The translations under genes were made by a program, and so were the position numbers. A stretch of 7,672 bases of DNA, taken from IMG/VR virus record IMGVR_UViG_2698536646_000001; one strand, 5' to 3'. The notes under the pieces were generated by a model. That model did not search any database. It worked only from the letters and a program-made list of their open reading frames with translations, and was not told the origin of the DNA. Origin of the DNA: a virus (Duplodnaviria; Heunggongvirae; Uroviricota; Caudoviricetes). Positions 5,837 through 7,672 of the stretch are shown here, in pieces. Each line of letters opens with the position of its first letter. The stretch's first letter is position 1.

Positions 5837-7057
5837 ATGAAATACTTTTTTGAGACCAGGCTCGGGGAAACCCGATACCGCCTGGCTGACGGCTCGTTGC
5901 TGTGCAAAGACGTGCCGATAGGACGAACAGGTAAGCAGCTCTATGGTGCTGATGACCTGCCAAAACTGAAACCCGATAAGTTCGGTGAAATAGTCGTCAC
6001 GCGTTCTCCTGAGCAGGTATTCCATCCGGCCACGCTTGCCTCATTCGAAGGGATGAGCATCACGATCCTGCATCCTGAAGATGAAAACGGGAATGTGCGG
6101 CTGGTAAATCCCGAGAACTGGAAAGAGCTTGCTGTCGGGCACCTCCAGAATGTCCGGCGCGGGACGGGTGAGCAGTCTGATTTGATGCTGGCTGACCTTA
6201 TCGTCAAAGACGAAAGCGCCATTCAGCTTATCGAAGATGGCCTGCGCGAAGTGTCGTGCGGCTATGACGCGGAGTACGAGCAGACCGAGCCAGGTAAAGC
6301 CGAGCAGGTCGATATTACCGGAAACCATGTGGCTCTTGTCCCTAAAGGCAGAGCCGGAAATCGTTGTGCAATTGGAGACAGAGACACAATGGCAAATCAA
6401 AAGAAAAACTGGTGGAACCGCATGCGTGCGGCCATCAAGACAGGAGATGCCGACACCATGAACGAACTGGTGGAGTCGGCTCCCGCATCGGTTACAGGAG
6501 ATGAGGGGGATTTGCCGCAGGGCGTTAATCTCAACATCAACCTGTCCCCGCAGCAACCACTACCGGACAAAGCACCAGAGATGGGCGGAGATCCAACCGG
6601 CGACAGTGATGATGACCTCAAAACATTACTGAAAGCCCTGCTGGCTAAGCTGGAAAGAAATGCCACGGGCGATAACGATAATAAGCCTGACGATAATCCG
6701 ACCGGTGACGGCGAGGACGATGAAGAGGAAACCACGATTACTGGTGACTCAGCCTGGCGTGCCGAAGTTATCGTTCCGGGTATCGATCTGAGCCGTAAGA
6801 TGAAACCGACCGCGTTCAAACGCGAGGTTCTGGCTTCTGCTGACAAAACGCTGGTTCGCCAGATAGTCGGTGATGCGGATATCCGCAAATTACCGAAACA
6901 ATCGGTCGACATGGCGTTTAATGCCGTGTCTGAGGTTGCCAAAGGGCGAAACACCCGCGCCACCACCGGCGATGCACAGCGCCTAAACATGGGCATGACC
7001 AGTATCGCTTCCCTGAACAAACAAAACGCTGAATTCTGGGCAAACCGTAAAGGGTAA
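5837..7057 (+). CDS. DUF2213-like head assembly protein (putative scaffold or prohead-processing protein) with an acidic low-complexity C-terminal half
   Basis: 406-aa ORF that starts 3 nt after the upstream stop. It contains the motif GNHVALVPKGRAGNRC, which I associate with the DUF2213 family. The C-terminal half is D/E/G-rich, as in scaffolding proteins. Gene order after portal and Mu F-like genes fits. Confidence 0.55.
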   Translation: MKYFFETRLGETRYRLADGSLLCKDVPIGRTGKQLYGADDLPKLKPDKFGEIVVTRSPEQVFHPATLASFEGMSITILHPEDENGNVRLVNPENWKELAVGHLQNVRRGTGEQSDLMLADLIVKDESAIQLIEDGLREVSCGYDAEYEQTEPGKAEQVDITGNHVALVPKGRAGNRCAIGDRDTMANQKKNWWNRMRAAIKTGDADTMNELVESAPASVTGDEGDLPQGVNLNINLSPQQPLPDKAPEMGGDPTGDSDDDLKTLLKALLAKLERNATGDNDNKPDDNPTGDGEDDEEETTITGDSAWRAEVIVPGIDLSRKMKPTAFKREVLASADKTLVRQIVGDADIRKLPKQSVDMAFNAVSEVAKGRNTRATTGDAQRLNMGMTSIASLNKQNAEFWANRKG

Positions 7058-7060
7058 AAA

Positions 7061-7567
7061 ATGAATAATGTATTTCTGTACCGGATGCCTGTTGGCATTG
7101 CCGGGGCTGTCTCTCGCCCGCAGGACTTAACCGTCGAACCGGTGGTCCTTAAATCCGATAACGCCTTCGCTGCCTATGGCCTGGCTGGTAAATACGATGA
7201 TGACGGTTTTTTCGTGCCGCTGGCAGATGGTGATACCGCAGACAAGGTGAAGGGGATCTACGTGCGCCCTTATCCGACCACGTCGCAGCCGGACATGGTT
7301 CGCCAGGTGGGAACAGGCAAGAACTTCCCGGGCGACGCCATGAAGCGTGGCTACGTGACCGTTAATCTCGGTTCTGATTTTGATGCCAGCACTATCAAAA
7401 AAGGCGATCCGGTATACGTTGTCGTCTCCACTGATGAATCCATCAAAGTGCCGCTGGGTGGATTCATGTCCACGTCAGTCAGTGGCAAAAACGTGGTGCT
7501 GACCAACGCTGAATTCACAGGTGCCGGTGATGCTGACGGCAATGCAGAAATTTCCTGGAAGATTTAA
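7061..7567 (+). CDS. DUF2190-like phage head structural protein (possible decoration protein)
   Basis: 168-aa ORF starting 3 nt after the previous stop, with beta-rich, Gly/Asp-rich composition. Size and position downstream of a DUF2213-like gene match that family pairing in phage head modules. Assigned from memory of family features only. Confidence 0.5.
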   Translation: MNNVFLYRMPVGIAGAVSRPQDLTVEPVVLKSDNAFAAYGLAGKYDDDGFFVPLADGDTADKVKGIYVRPYPTTSQPDMVRQVGTGKNFPGDAMKRGYVTVNLGSDFDASTIKKGDPVYVVVSTDESIKVPLGGFMSTSVSGKNVVLTNAEFTGAGDADGNAEISWKI

Positions 7568-7582
7568 GGAACAGACGAATGA

Positions 7583-7672
7583 GGTGATGCTGCCAACTTA
7601 CTGATTTAGTGTATGATGGTGTTTTTGAGGTGCTCCAGTGGCTTCTGTTTCTATCAGCTGTCCCTCCTGTTC
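7583..7672 (+). mobile_element. Left end of IS1 (IRL plus start of insA); the element continues beyond the window
   Basis: GGTGATGCTGCCAACTTACTGATTTAGTGTATGATGGTGTTTTTGAGGTGCTCCAGTGGCTTCTGTTTCTATCAGCTGTCCCTCCTGTTC matches the IS1 left terminus as I recall it (terminal inverted repeat GGTGATGCTGCCAACTTACTGAT). It begins 4 nt after an ATG that has a canonical SD. Confidence 0.85.
7638..7672 (+). CDS. insA: IS1 InsA, 5' end only (GTG start)
   Basis: GTG GCT TCT GTT TCT ATC AGC TGT CCC TCC TGT translates to MASVSISCPSC, the InsA N-terminus with its zinc-finger cysteines. GAGG lies 7 nt upstream. Confidence 0.8.
   Translation, partial: MASVSISCPSC

Noticed and set aside
5625-7098. Reverse-strand ORFs 5625-5963, 5720-6025, 5941-6222, 6041-6556 and 6397-7098 (233 aa, Ser-rich), and plus-strand ORF 6237-6461.
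   Set aside because: Antisense or alternative frames of the DUF2213-like gene. The Ser-rich run is the complement of its acidic GAx codon repeats.
7351-7542. Reverse-strand ORF 7351-7542 (63 aa).
   Set aside because: Antisense to the DUF2190-like gene, with no independent support.
7583-7672. The right end looked at first like p15A/pACYC-type cloning vector sequence, suggesting vector contamination or a chimeric clone.
   Set aside because: The remembered vector sequence is itself the IS1 end carried over from Tn9. The match starts exactly at the IS1 terminal inverted repeat and continues into insA, so a native IS1 insertion is the simpler explanation.

Overview
This window is an IS-bracketed piece of a decayed lambdoid-type prophage, probably from an IS-rich Escherichia/Shigella genome. 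All homology calls were made by eye from the translations and from memory; no searches were run. Left to right: the last 86 bp of an IS2-like element (minus orientation), a 23-nt remnant of a holin 3' end, a P21-type SAR endolysin running into a 154-N assembly gap, the C-terminal parts of the Rz/Rz1 embedded spanin pair, an AT-rich reverse-strand DedA-family membrane protein gene (a moron), then a head-packaging module on the plus strand (small terminase, PBSX-type large terminase, a portal with two in-frame TAG codons, a Mu F-like head morphogenesis protein, a DUF2213-like acidic protein, a DUF2190-like protein), and finally the left end of IS1 inserted 4 nt into the next gene. I found no tRNA, rRNA or CRISPR array. 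I do not see a clear, self-contained novel system; the most plausible candidate for unexplored biology is the DedA-like moron, which appears to lack the two acidic residues conserved in the family.
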